A stretch of 64,000 nucleotides of DNA from Williopsis jadinii (taxonomy: Eukaryota): positions 124,001 through 188,000 of the forward strand of contig AP024665.1 of the NCBI GenBank assembly GCA_024346625.1, read 5' to 3'. Within the stretch, counting starts at the first letter, position 1; each line of letters starts with the position of its first letter. A program made the position numbers and the translations under genes. This document shows positions 10,489 through 20,085 of this stretch, one piece after another. Below the pieces are notes generated by a model that saw nothing but the letters and a program-made list of their open reading frames with translations, was not told the origin of the DNA and made no database searches.

Positions 10489-11840
10489 ATGGCAAAGAGA
10501 AGAGTAGGTTTATGCTGTTTTGATTGTGTGAGATGATACTAACTTGAAATTCTGCTCAATTCTAGACAAAAAAAAGAACTCACGTTAAGGTGAACCAAGA
10601 TGAGGCTGCGAAGATCCCTCGTTCCATGGTGTTGAGAATAGGTTTGAACATGAAGAACCACTCTCTTACACAATTGGTGAGGGATATGAGAAATGTGATG
10701 CAACCACACACTGCAATCAAGCTTAAAGAGAGAAAATCCAACAAACTAAGAGACTTTGTCGTTATGGCTGGTCCGTTGAACGTTTCTCACTTGATGATCT
10801 TTAGTCAATCGGAAGCTGGTACTACACAGCTGAGAATAGCGAGAATGTCCAGAGGTCCAACTATTACTTTCAAGGTTGATAACTATTCGCTCTGTAAAGA
10901 CGTTAGAAAGATTCAAAGACATCCAAAATCCATTACAGGTGAATCGAAGGAGTATTTGAACCCGCCTTTGTTGGTGCTTAATGGGTTCACAAACCCTCAA
11001 TCGGCACCACCACATGAGAAACTGCTCATTACAACTTTCCAAAACATGTTCCCACCTATTCAACCACACTCCACTAAGGTTAGCTCTGTTAAAAGAGTGT
11101 TGATGATCTTCAAGGACCAGGAAACAGGTGCAATTGAATTACGTCACTATGCCATTGATGCCAAACCGGTTGAAGGCTCCAAGAGTATTAAGAAGTTGAT
11201 AAATGCAAAGACAAACATTCATAAGAGACTTCCGAATTTGAACAGAACCTCTGACGTTTCTGAGCTTTTAACAGACCCATACTCCATTGGTGCATTCACC
11301 AGTGATAGTGAGGTTGAAGAGGAGAATATTGTTGACGTTACAGAGACAAGTGCAACTACTGTCAAGAAGGATGTTTCCACAACAACCTCTGGAATCAGCT
11401 CATCAGCAGCTGAAACAAATGTTCGTAAGAAGGCTATTAAACTTACAGAGATTGGTCCACGGTTGAAACTGCACCTGACTAAAATTGAGGAAGGAATCTC
11501 CACTGGTAAAGTATTGTACCATCATAATATTAAGAAATCCAAGAAGGAGCAAACTGAGTTGGAGCAGAAACATGCAGAACGCCAAAGAATTAAAAGGGAG
11601 AGAAAGGAAGAGCAGGCTGCTAACATTGCCGAGAAGAAGTCTAAAAAGGAGGCAAAAAAGGAACGTCGTAAACAACGTGAAGAAGAGCGTAAGGCAAGGC
11701 TGGCAAATGGTGAAGAAGTCTCTGAAGATGAAGATGAAGAAGATGCCGATGAAGAAGAACAAGATGATGAGGAAGAAGAAATACCTGAGGATTTGGATAG
11801 TGATCTTTACAGTGATGTGGATGAAATGGATGAAGATTAA
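10489..11840 (+). CDS. SSF1: Brix-domain 60S biogenesis factor Ssf1/2; join(10489..10503,10566..11840)
   Basis: Spliced start MAKRR/TKKRTHVKV; intron GTAGGT..TACTAAC(10537)..TAG (62 nt). MQPHTAIKLKERKSNKLRDF and LTEIGPRL Brix motifs; acidic tail. Confidence 0.93.
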
Positions 11841-11963
11841 TTCATAGTTTACATAGAACATACTTTCAATGCATAGTTGAGCAAGGACGTGTGTAGTTCT
11901 TTCAGATGTGAAGCCTTTTTGTTTCTGGTTAAGATACGATTTCATGGTCTGCAAGTGCTTAAA

Positions 11964-12043
11964 TTTCCTCATTGGGACACCAATGGAGCCCAATATACTA
12001 CAAGTGTATAACCACAGAGCTCTGTTCTGTTACACTTGAAACA
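11964..12043 (+). promoter_or_regulatory. alpha-specific gene control region: Mcm1-MATalpha1 P'Q-like box and Ste12 PRE
   Basis: TTTCCTCATTGGGACACCAATG (11964-11985) compared with the recalled consensus TTTCCTAATTAGTnCnTCAATG, with identical spacing; TGAAACA at 12037-12043. Confidence 0.7.
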
Positions 12044-12156
12044 TCACCTCAAATGCTCAAATAGTACTTAAAGGATATGTTCAGGATAGTAATTTGTATA
12101 ATGTGTGAATACATCTAGCTCAACATCATAACCCAATCTATAAGAACAGAAGAATT

Positions 12157-12435
12157 ATGAAGTTTTCACTCGTCGCCGCCCTAGCACTTGTTGCACCGGC
12201 TTTCGCCCTTCCAATTACCAACGAAGGTGCAGTGGATTCTACATCTGTTTTAAACTCCACCATTACAGCACCAGAGAGTGACGTTCCAGGTTATGCCAAC
12301 GGTGTTGAATTCCCATTCTCCGAGGATGCCATCGACACCGTCGTTCTCCTCGGTCCAGACGTTGGTGTCATTGTTGTTGACGATGCTGTTTTCTTCGTCA
12401 ACATCACCATCGCTGAAGCCACTTACTCTGAGTGA
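12157..12435 (+). CDS. Mating-factor-alpha precursor-like secreted protein: signal peptide plus pro region only, with no KR site and no pheromone repeats
   Basis: MKFSLVAALALVAPAFA-LP signal peptide. The segment DVPGYANGVEFPFSEDAI..LGPDVG.IVVDDAVFFVNITIAE matches the MFalpha pro region. N-glycosylation sequons NST and NIT. Stop follows ATYSE. Confidence 0.75.
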   Translation: MKFSLVAALALVAPAFALPITNEGAVDSTSVLNSTITAPESDVPGYANGVEFPFSEDAIDTVVLLGPDVGVIVVDDAVFFVNITIAEATYSE

Positions 12436-12578
12436 GTGACAAGCTTCTGAGTCTCCCCAGTATCTAATCAGTCCAGTCCCAATATCTGTGTGTGCTTTTT
12501 TTTCTCATTTCCTGATTTTTTTATATATACCTTTGTCTTCATAAATGCCAATTCGTCGATTCACCCATGTGTACAGTA

Positions 12579-13007
12579 TCATACAGCATTTCTATGCCTT
12601 TGAACTGGCGACACAACCAAACCCCTTCCCTTCGTTGCACCTCTATACACCGTTTCGAGGATATCAATCATCTCCTGTTCATCCTCCACGAGGAACGTCA
12701 GCTTGTTGTTATCACCAGTACCAAAGTCACACATCATGTGCTTATTTCGATAGAAGAACATAACAGTCATATCGTCATATAGCTCGTACATCTCGTTGAA
12801 GTCTGGCACTTGTGTGATATCACACACATAAACAGCAGCAAAACTCGAAACCTTCTCAGCAATACGAAATAGCACCTCGTCCATTCTCATACACTTCGCA
12901 TCCCAATCATGTCCAAACCGTATGACCACAAGCCTCTCCTCTTCAGACACGATGGCCTGGTCAACGTGCCACCCAGTACGTAGATGTGGAAGGAAAACGG
13001 AACCCAT
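12579..13007 (-). CDS. DIB1: U5 snRNP thioredoxin-like protein Dib1/Dim1
   Basis: LPHLRTGWHVDQAI..RLVVIRFG..VPDFNEMYELYD..NKHMMCDFGTG..GLVVSP. Confidence 0.96.
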   Translation of the reverse strand: MGSVFLPHLRTGWHVDQAIVSEEERLVVIRFGHDWDAKCMRMDEVLFRIAEKVSSFAAVYVCDITQVPDFNEMYELYDDMTVMFFYRNKHMMCDFGTGDNNKLTFLVEDEQEMIDILETVYRGATKGRGLVVSPVQRHRNAV

Positions 13008-13236
13008 TGGTCGACAAAGTGTTCACCTTTCTTCCCTAAGCTGTTGATGATGAGAAGGATAAAATGTACGGTAGTAGGCGGCGGAAAAAAAAAAGTCCCC
13101 ACCAGCGCTCAAAGAATGAAAATAAACAACTAAAAAGCAAACGCGCCTGAACACAAAACAGATCATAAACAAAACATAAACATAAACAAAGGACGTTGGG
13201 TTCTACTGAGCACATTGATTTCGTTTTACGCCAAGA

Positions 13237-16200
13237 ATGAGCTTGTACTCCTTGCCTAGTGGAACTGTCATTCCACGGCTCAGGGATATTGATCTATCCG
13301 AGCTGAGCGAGACGACCAGAAGAAGACTTAACAAGGCATTGTGGGATTTGGAGTTTAAGGAACAGGCATTGGAAAGGCCGCTTGGTCAGATGGCTGTACG
13401 ACTGACGCTAGAGTACGTTGAATGGCTTATCACTGTTGCGAAAATTGAAGAGCTTCAATTTAGTGAACGACTTGCGCTGGAATTTCTGCTGTACGAGTTT
13501 GAAGGGTATATGTGGATGATGAGGTCCAAGAGAGGAAAGGGGCCAAGGTTGACCAGACAAACGGTGTTGTTGGCGTGGGCCGCAGAGAAGGAACTGTTTA
13601 GAGGGTTGGGCAAAGTTGAGTTGGGCAGCCGATGGGACTCACAAGTGGCGTCCATCCAACTTGCTTTGCTTGATGTTAAAGGTTGGAAGGATGAAACGGT
13701 ACGAATTTTCTTCATCGTTATGAGGAAGATGTTGTGCTTGAAAGGATGTCGCTTGGTCACTGGTGATGACACCTTTGAGACCAGGGAAGGAGACTTTGAC
13801 ATCCGGGAGCCCTTACATCTATCAGATCCGGATGTAGACATGCTTGATGTAGCATCCCGTCCAGCTCCTGAAGAAGGGGTGTTGAACCGAGGTGGTGATG
13901 TTGATTTTGGTGTCGGCTTGGATGAAGAGCTCAAGAAATCCAGTCAAGTCGAAATGACCCCTCCAGTAAATGCATCCATCCCAATACCTTCGTCTATGAG
14001 TCCCCTGTTATCTTCGCAAAAGTTGTATAAGACTGATCAGAAGTCAGCCGGTGTCTCCAAGGAGCTTAATAACAAAGGAGTTATGCAAAAATCATTCTCC
14101 ATGGCTCCAAAGTTTCCAAATTTGACTCTTATGGATCAAAAGCGGTCTGGCTCAGAGGATTCCACCATCAGTAATGAACACACAAAGTCAGGAAAGAGAT
14201 TAACAGAGAAACGTGAGAGTCAGAACAAGGCTTTCTTACCAGAGAAGAGAGCATTGGAGGATAAGTTGGATCAGAAGATCAAAACAGAGCTTAATGTGAA
14301 AGGGCCGCCATTAATTAAAAGGAATCTATTGTTGCAGAATCAGAACGCATCGGATCGGTCAATCCCACAGGAGGGTAATGCTACAGTTGAAGCCAATGTT
14401 TCAACAAAGGAAGCGCGTATGGACAACGGCAAATTCACTAAAGAAACCTTTAAAAGTGTCAACAATACCCAGGGAGGTACATTACTGAACAATTCTTCTC
14501 TCCACAAAGGTCAAGCAATTAGTAAGGAGAAGGCACCTATTCATAAAGATTTTAGGGAGACACCTGTGCTGAAACAACGCACTGGTGAAGCAATTTTAGA
14601 GGTCCAGCAGACTCAGAGTCCATCAAACGCGCCTCAACCATCACATGAATTATCTGAATTTCCACCAAGTATCAATATCTCTTCTAGTCAAAGCCCTACT
14701 GTTTCACAAATTCATCAGTTAACACAGTCTTCACAAAGCCAGGTATCGACTATTACCAACGATATTCAATCAGGTCAACGTGATGTCCAAACTCAACAGG
14801 CCATTCTCGATGTATCATCAGACTTTACAAATTCATCAGATCAGCAGAGAGCTTCTCAAAATATAGAGAGTTATAAGTTGTTGAAAAAAGAACTCGCAGA
14901 AATGAAAACTTCATTGGCCCATGTCACAGGTGACTTTTCCGTTTTCCGTGGGCGTAGCTCTGAGCTCCATGATTTGATCAAGAAACACGCTAAAACTATA
15001 GAACAACTCTCAAAAGGTGAGCATGGGCATGACCGTGATGTATTTTCTCTTCTGGATATAGTTGATCTACGTTTTAAAACTATTGTTGATGATATCAAAC
15101 GACTGAAACATGTCATCTCACTGTGGGGAACTCTGGACAACGACCTGGCCACGTTCAGAGCTGAAGTTTGCTCAAAACACTCTGCTCTCGATACCGCAAT
15201 GTCTACTAATTCCTCTGCCACAACAGTACTGTCAAGAAACCTAGAAACTCTCCAATCTTCTCTATCTGGTGTACTTTTGGATCTTCCCAAGATAACTGGG
15301 ACGCTTGATGAAGTTGTTAGTAAAGTTGACACTTTTCAAAGTTTTAAGAATTCACTAGAATCTGGTGAAGATTTGAACACAAGACTTTCGAAGACGGAAA
15401 ATTCGATGAAGGCTCTCTCATTCAATATGGATTCTCTTCTCTTCAAAACAAAGGATTTGCAAGATCTTAATGCAAAAGTTCAATCACTGAACATGAAGGT
15501 TACACAAATGAGTCAATCTTTTTCTGCACTCAATGGTTTGAAAAAAGAAGTTCACCAAAATAACTGCAATCTTACCCAGATGGGGGAAGTTATCAAAAAC
15601 TTATCTTCCCTGAATAATGACATCCAGAGTAACTCACACGATGCACTCAGGCGCGTTCTTGTTCTGGAAAATAAGGTCACAGACATTGGGAATGTTAGAG
15701 ACTCCGCATTACCAGATTTACAACGTAGGCTGGATATGCTGGAGCGAAAAGTTGGAGCCTCGTCAGAGCTAACTACAAGCGTTTCACACTCGGAGGAGTC
15801 ATCAACCTCCATGATGAATCGTGATGAAATTAATAAGAAGCTTGCTGCATCTTCTGAGAAAATTAGGGCCAACATTCCCTCAGATGTACAAACTGATACA
15901 CAGAGTCACCTGAACAGGAACGAAGACATGACAAATTTGTCCACACATAGCATTGCTTTGTTGAACAGTCCTCTGAATGACACTGTTAGATTGGGCAATC
16001 CTACGTTGAGTGAGGCTTCCAATTCTGGTATTACTGCAATGGTACCACATGAACCTTCTTCAGCCACTACGCACGAAGGAGAGCCTATTACCACAATTCA
16101 AAAGTCATCTAAAGGTGACTCTGGAAGTCTGAGTATGCATGAAGAACTGTCAGTAATGAATTCTCGACTAACCAGGACGATTGATGATCTTTCTTCGAAG

Positions 16201-17025
16201 ACTTATAAATCTATATCAGAAATGCAATCCAATGTGATAAAGCTCGGTACTGCATTTCTAGATCTGACGAAAGATCAAAAAGATAAGGCATCTGTGATCA
16301 ACTTGGCTCTGGAAAAGAACGACAGATCCATAGAGAATTTGAGAAGGGATGTTGAATCATACAATTCTGGAAACCATTTACAAAAGATAATTGATCGGAT
16401 TGAAAAGTTGGAAACGATGGTTGTTTCACAACAACCTTCGGGAAACAGTGCTTGGCAAGATGAAAATGAGCAGTTGAAGAAGACGATTACTTCCTTGGAG
16501 AGAAAGCTTGATCAACAAGACAAGAGATTCCAGGAACGGTTGTCACTGCATGTAGGAAACACGAATGAGATCATCTATACTATGAGATCCGAAATAAAAA
16601 GTTTACAACAGAGAGTTATGTCTTCTGAAAATGACTTCACTCTGTCTCCACCGTTGGGGACATCAACACAGTCACAATCGACTCAGAAGTCTAGTACATC
16701 TATCGTCCACAGCCACCATGGAATAGGTGAAGATACTCAAAATTCCCCTAAACGTGCCAACAATTCAAAGACTCAACACGCACCAGGAAATTTCACAAAG
16801 TCAAAATTGGTTGGCCTTTCTCAAACCAACGAATCGAAGATATCCATGTCACCTATTTCACTGGTAGCATCTTTGTTGAACAAGGTGAGGTCTGATCCTA
16901 AAAGTGGGCTCCCAAACCGAGAAGAAGGATCTATCAAAAGAGCAGCAAGTGAAAAACTCGATCTGAGTTCTGTGGATATCAAAAAGTTGAAATTGATTAG
17001 GAAAAGCATTGACTCTGACGATTAA
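13237..17025 (+). CDS. Uncharacterised 1262-aa protein: helical N-domain, S/TQ-rich linker, long coiled coils, basic C-terminus
   Basis: Uninterrupted 3.8-kb ORF with heptad-rich segments (about aa 545-840 and 970-1130); no family recognised. Confidence 0.8.
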   Translation: MSLYSLPSGTVIPRLRDIDLSELSETTRRRLNKALWDLEFKEQALERPLGQMAVRLTLEYVEWLITVAKIEELQFSERLALEFLLYEFEGYMWMMRSKRGKGPRLTRQTVLLAWAAEKELFRGLGKVELGSRWDSQVASIQLALLDVKGWKDETVRIFFIVMRKMLCLKGCRLVTGDDTFETREGDFDIREPLHLSDPDVDMLDVASRPAPEEGVLNRGGDVDFGVGLDEELKKSSQVEMTPPVNASIPIPSSMSPLLSSQKLYKTDQKSAGVSKELNNKGVMQKSFSMAPKFPNLTLMDQKRSGSEDSTISNEHTKSGKRLTEKRESQNKAFLPEKRALEDKLDQKIKTELNVKGPPLIKRNLLLQNQNASDRSIPQEGNATVEANVSTKEARMDNGKFTKETFKSVNNTQGGTLLNNSSLHKGQAISKEKAPIHKDFRETPVLKQRTGEAILEVQQTQSPSNAPQPSHELSEFPPSINISSSQSPTVSQIHQLTQSSQSQVSTITNDIQSGQRDVQTQQAILDVSSDFTNSSDQQRASQNIESYKLLKKELAEMKTSLAHVTGDFSVFRGRSSELHDLIKKHAKTIEQLSKGEHGHDRDVFSLLDIVDLRFKTIVDDIKRLKHVISLWGTLDNDLATFRAEVCSKHSALDTAMSTNSSATTVLSRNLETLQSSLSGVLLDLPKITGTLDEVVSKVDTFQSFKNSLESGEDLNTRLSKTENSMKALSFNMDSLLFKTKDLQDLNAKVQSLNMKVTQMSQSFSALNGLKKEVHQNNCNLTQMGEVIKNLSSLNNDIQSNSHDALRRVLVLENKVTDIGNVRDSALPDLQRRLDMLERKVGASSELTTSVSHSEESSTSMMNRDEINKKLAASSEKIRANIPSDVQTDTQSHLNRNEDMTNLSTHSIALLNSPLNDTVRLGNPTLSEASNSGITAMVPHEPSSATTHEGEPITTIQKSSKGDSGSLSMHEELSVMNSRLTRTIDDLSSKTYKSISEMQSNVIKLGTAFLDLTKDQKDKASVINLALEKNDRSIENLRRDVESYNSGNHLQKIIDRIEKLETMVVSQQPSGNSAWQDENEQLKKTITSLERKLDQQDKRFQERLSLHVGNTNEIIYTMRSEIKSLQQRVMSSENDFTLSPPLGTSTQSQSTQKSSTSIVHSHHGIGEDTQNSPKRANNSKTQHAPGNFTKSKLVGLSQTNESKISMSPISLVASLLNKVRSDPKSGLPNREEGSIKRAASEKLDLSSVDIKKLKLIRKSIDSDD

Positions 17026-17177
17026 AACATTATATGTATATGTGAATACTCTCCGTTCATGGATTTCACTGAGTTTATTGAAACCATTTATTTCTTGTAT
17101 TGACAGAGGAACTATATACACCGTTATACCAACCAACCCTCAAAATACGCTTAATTTTTTAGCGCAACTTCGCCAGT

Positions 17178-17603
17178 TTATTTACCAAGGATCACAGTCT
17201 TCATACCTGTGATGAAGTTCTCCTTACCTTCACCGTTGATCTCAGCAATCAGTCTCTCGTAATAACGAGGGTTTCCCTGAGGTTTCAACAACTTATCTGT
17301 TGGATTGTAATAATCCCGGTATTTATTGCTCTCTATCGACTTGAGCGCCTTAATCTGATGTAGAAGTGACTCTTCACTAAAGTTCTCGTCGCTCTTCACG
17401 TCTAACTCCTTGATCTTGTATGGGTTTACTTTTCCAACGATATCAGCGATGGACTTGACATCTTTCTTTTCGGGGTTCTTGATTCCAGCAACCGGTCTAA
17501 ATCTATCGAGTTGCGCCTCCTTGAACGACAAGTTTGTGAGTTTCTCCTTTGGGTACTTCTCTAATAGCTTTACGAGTTGTTTTGCTGTTTCCTTTACACT
17601 CAT
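17178..17603 (-). CDS. CBP6: Mitochondrial cytochrome b translation/assembly factor
   Basis: AKQLVKLLEKYPK..RFRPVAG..FSEESL..QIKAL..KPQGNPRYYERL..MKTVILGK. Confidence 0.9.
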   Translation of the reverse strand: MSVKETAKQLVKLLEKYPKEKLTNLSFKEAQLDRFRPVAGIKNPEKKDVKSIADIVGKVNPYKIKELDVKSDENFSEESLLHQIKALKSIESNKYRDYYNPTDKLLKPQGNPRYYERLIAEINGEGKENFITGMKTVILGK

Positions 17604-17790
17604 TGTTGAAGATTATTGCTCTGCTGATGACTACTCAGAATGCAGGCTTCTCTATAGTTTTATTGAAAGTTTTTTTTGTTTTTTTTTGTTTGGGCCACCC
17701 TTGCTGATGTTTGTTTTTTCAGTTGCCTGGGAGAGAACCCATGAGTAAAAATCATTGTTTTTTTGGCCTAGACAATAGAAATAAACAATT

Positions 17791-20085
17791 TCACCAAAAC
17801 TTGCTCTGGGCTGTCATCTTGAAGACTTCCAGGAGATCATCATCTGTTACATCGCCAGTATTGAAGAACTCCTTGAAATCAAAATCCTGATGCTCAATTT
17901 TCAAGGATGTATTATGAAGAAGAAACCCGCAAAGCTTTAAGAGAACAACATGGAAGATTTTGCTCAGTTTTAGAAAGTTGAAACTTGTAAGCTTTGACTG
18001 CATTGACTGTAGGATATCCAACGTTGTAATTGCTATGTTTAAGACGATGGTGTGTACATTTTCCAAAGATCCAAATTTTTCCAAGAGCTGCTCAAAGTTA
18101 TTATCAACATCCATATTCTCCAACTGCTCAAGTGAGAACAAATTTGGAGCCTGTCCTTTCTCTTTCAAATCCTTCAGAAGAGCAGTAATTCCTCTGTTAT
18201 CGCCATATAGAATGTGATTTGCTATTAGGTTCTCGTCAACGTTCATAGTGTTCAACAATTTAGCTATTGTAAATAGCGTGACACGTCTCTGTGAAAATCT
18301 CAGAATTGGAGCCATCATAATAAGAGATGTTGTTGGGTAAAATCTGTAAAACGCTGGATGCTTTCCGATTCGACTGTAACCTATCCACATTTCTTTGAGT
18401 AAGTTTTCAATGGTTAATGAGTACTTCCAGCCTAATAACTTCAGCCTGCGGCTATGGTCAGTATGGGTGTCACCAACTTGTTCCAATCTTTTATGACAAA
18501 TGTGATAAAGTGTGAGTATAACACCCAATATGAGGAATCTCATTGCGAGTCTTTGCAAGATGAGACTGTACGCACTTAAATTCTCTTCACTTAAATCATC
18601 CAAATCAAATTGCTGGAACTTTTGCATGTCAATGTATGCAGGGCCGAATTCGTCCTTCAAATGGTTCTTCAATCTTCTAATCAATTCGGTTTCGACAAAA
18701 TCTATGAATTGATCCAGGGGACCATCATCTATCATGTTGTAGCTAAACATAACACCATTCAACATGTGAATTCCTTCTGTCAATGGGTTACAGCAACTAT
18801 CGTATCTTTTGAGTGTAGAAGGTTCGATTTTGGATATGAAACCTAAGTCTATCGATTCAAAGGTTTCAAAAAGTACTAAGCAATACCACAAGGTCTTCAT
18901 CATTCGCTTTTCGCCTGGTGAAGTCTGTGGGTACCACTTATCCAAATCTTCATGCAAGTGTATTGAGATGGCCATCGTTATCAAATTTCTCATCTTAAAG
19001 ATTCCCTCGCATATTTCTTCAAATGAATTCAAGAATCCACCAGAAGTGGTGTATGTCTCAAGTAAGGATAGCAGGTATAGTGTGAACACTCTCTCATACG
19101 TAACATCAACTTCTGTAAACTTAATGTTTTGCCCATCAATCCTTAGTAATGCATTGACATACTTTGAGTATAACATGTAGTCAAGTCCGATGGGGAACTT
19201 TGTCTGTTGATATGCAAAGGCACATATGCAAAGCATAGACATTGTCATTGCCAAGAAGTTCAAATCACCTGGTGAGTTTTGTAGATCTATGTGGAAATGA
19301 ACGTTACCCATGGGGTCAAAAGAGGCTATTGAATAAAACCTTTTATAAAAGGTTGCCTCATCAGCGTATGGAATTAGAATCCATCTATCGGTTGTGGTTC
19401 TAAAGATACTCACCATTGCATGAGTAAAGGTATCAAACGTGGGAAACATCGTCTCAATCTCTCCAATCAAGTTGATAATCGTAGAGTCATTTTGGTGGCC
19501 CATGGCCAAGTACTGCGATTGACATTCGGCATTGAATATCTCTAGCATCGGAGAGTTCGACAAGGTCACAGGGACTTGTTTCTCGAGCTTGATTTTTGCA
19601 TTCATAATCACAGTGTGGATATTCTGCAGCATCATCTTCATCCTAGGCTCTGACTGTGTAACAGCAGCAACCGAGATCGAGCCCAGGTATGCTAACGACT
19701 GCTGAGAGGACATCACGGTACACAGCAACGGGTTCTTCTGGGGATTCAACAGGATATGTCTCACCTTATCGTTGTTATTTGAAAAGAAGTACTCCTTTTG
19801 TGTGGCGGTGTTGTTGTAGTTGACGATGGACTTGAGCCTAGACACCTCATCTTTCAGCTCTCTGTTCCTCTGCACCTCTTTCACATAAGTTGCGTTCGAG
19901 TCCTTCGACACCAGTCCTATCCTCCTATAAATACACAGCTCCTTGGGGATTTGCAGCTCTTTACAAGTGGAGCAAGGGCTCTGCTTGTCACACTTCTTCC
20001 GTCTAAGTCGGCACCCAATACATGCAGTATTGGCCTGTTCAGCAGCACAATTATCTGCTTCAGCGCTTGAACTGATGTGTGACAT
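17791..20085 (-). CDS. Zn(II)2Cys6 fungal transcription factor
   Basis: ACIGCRLRRKKCDKQSPCSTC...LCIY, then a coiled coil and a middle-homology region (AISIHLHED..LWYCL). Confidence 0.88.
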   Translation of the reverse strand: MSHISSSAEADNCAAEQANTACIGCRLRRKKCDKQSPCSTCKELQIPKELCIYRRIGLVSKDSNATYVKEVQRNRELKDEVSRLKSIVNYNNTATQKEYFFSNNNDKVRHILLNPQKNPLLCTVMSSQQSLAYLGSISVAAVTQSEPRMKMMLQNIHTVIMNAKIKLEKQVPVTLSNSPMLEIFNAECQSQYLAMGHQNDSTIINLIGEIETMFPTFDTFTHAMVSIFRTTTDRWILIPYADEATFYKRFYSIASFDPMGNVHFHIDLQNSPGDLNFLAMTMSMLCICAFAYQQTKFPIGLDYMLYSKYVNALLRIDGQNIKFTEVDVTYERVFTLYLLSLLETYTTSGGFLNSFEEICEGIFKMRNLITMAISIHLHEDLDKWYPQTSPGEKRMMKTLWYCLVLFETFESIDLGFISKIEPSTLKRYDSCCNPLTEGIHMLNGVMFSYNMIDDGPLDQFIDFVETELIRRLKNHLKDEFGPAYIDMQKFQQFDLDDLSEENLSAYSLILQRLAMRFLILGVILTLYHICHKRLEQVGDTHTDHSRRLKLLGWKYSLTIENLLKEMWIGYSRIGKHPAFYRFYPTTSLIMMAPILRFSQRRVTLFTIAKLLNTMNVDENLIANHILYGDNRGITALLKDLKEKGQAPNLFSLEQLENMDVDNNFEQLLEKFGSLENVHTIVLNIAITTLDILQSMQSKLTSFNFLKLSKIFHVVLLKLCGFLLHNTSLKIEHQDFDFKEFFNTGDVTDDDLLEVFKMTAQSKFW

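Noticed and set aside
12432..12476. Possible GTGAGT donor over the MFalpha-like stop, with CTAAT..CAG downstream
   Set aside because: The branch point is weak and the intron would be only about 40 nt. Downstream sequence is T-rich terminator-like with no KR/pheromone repeats, so splicing would not rescue a pheromone.
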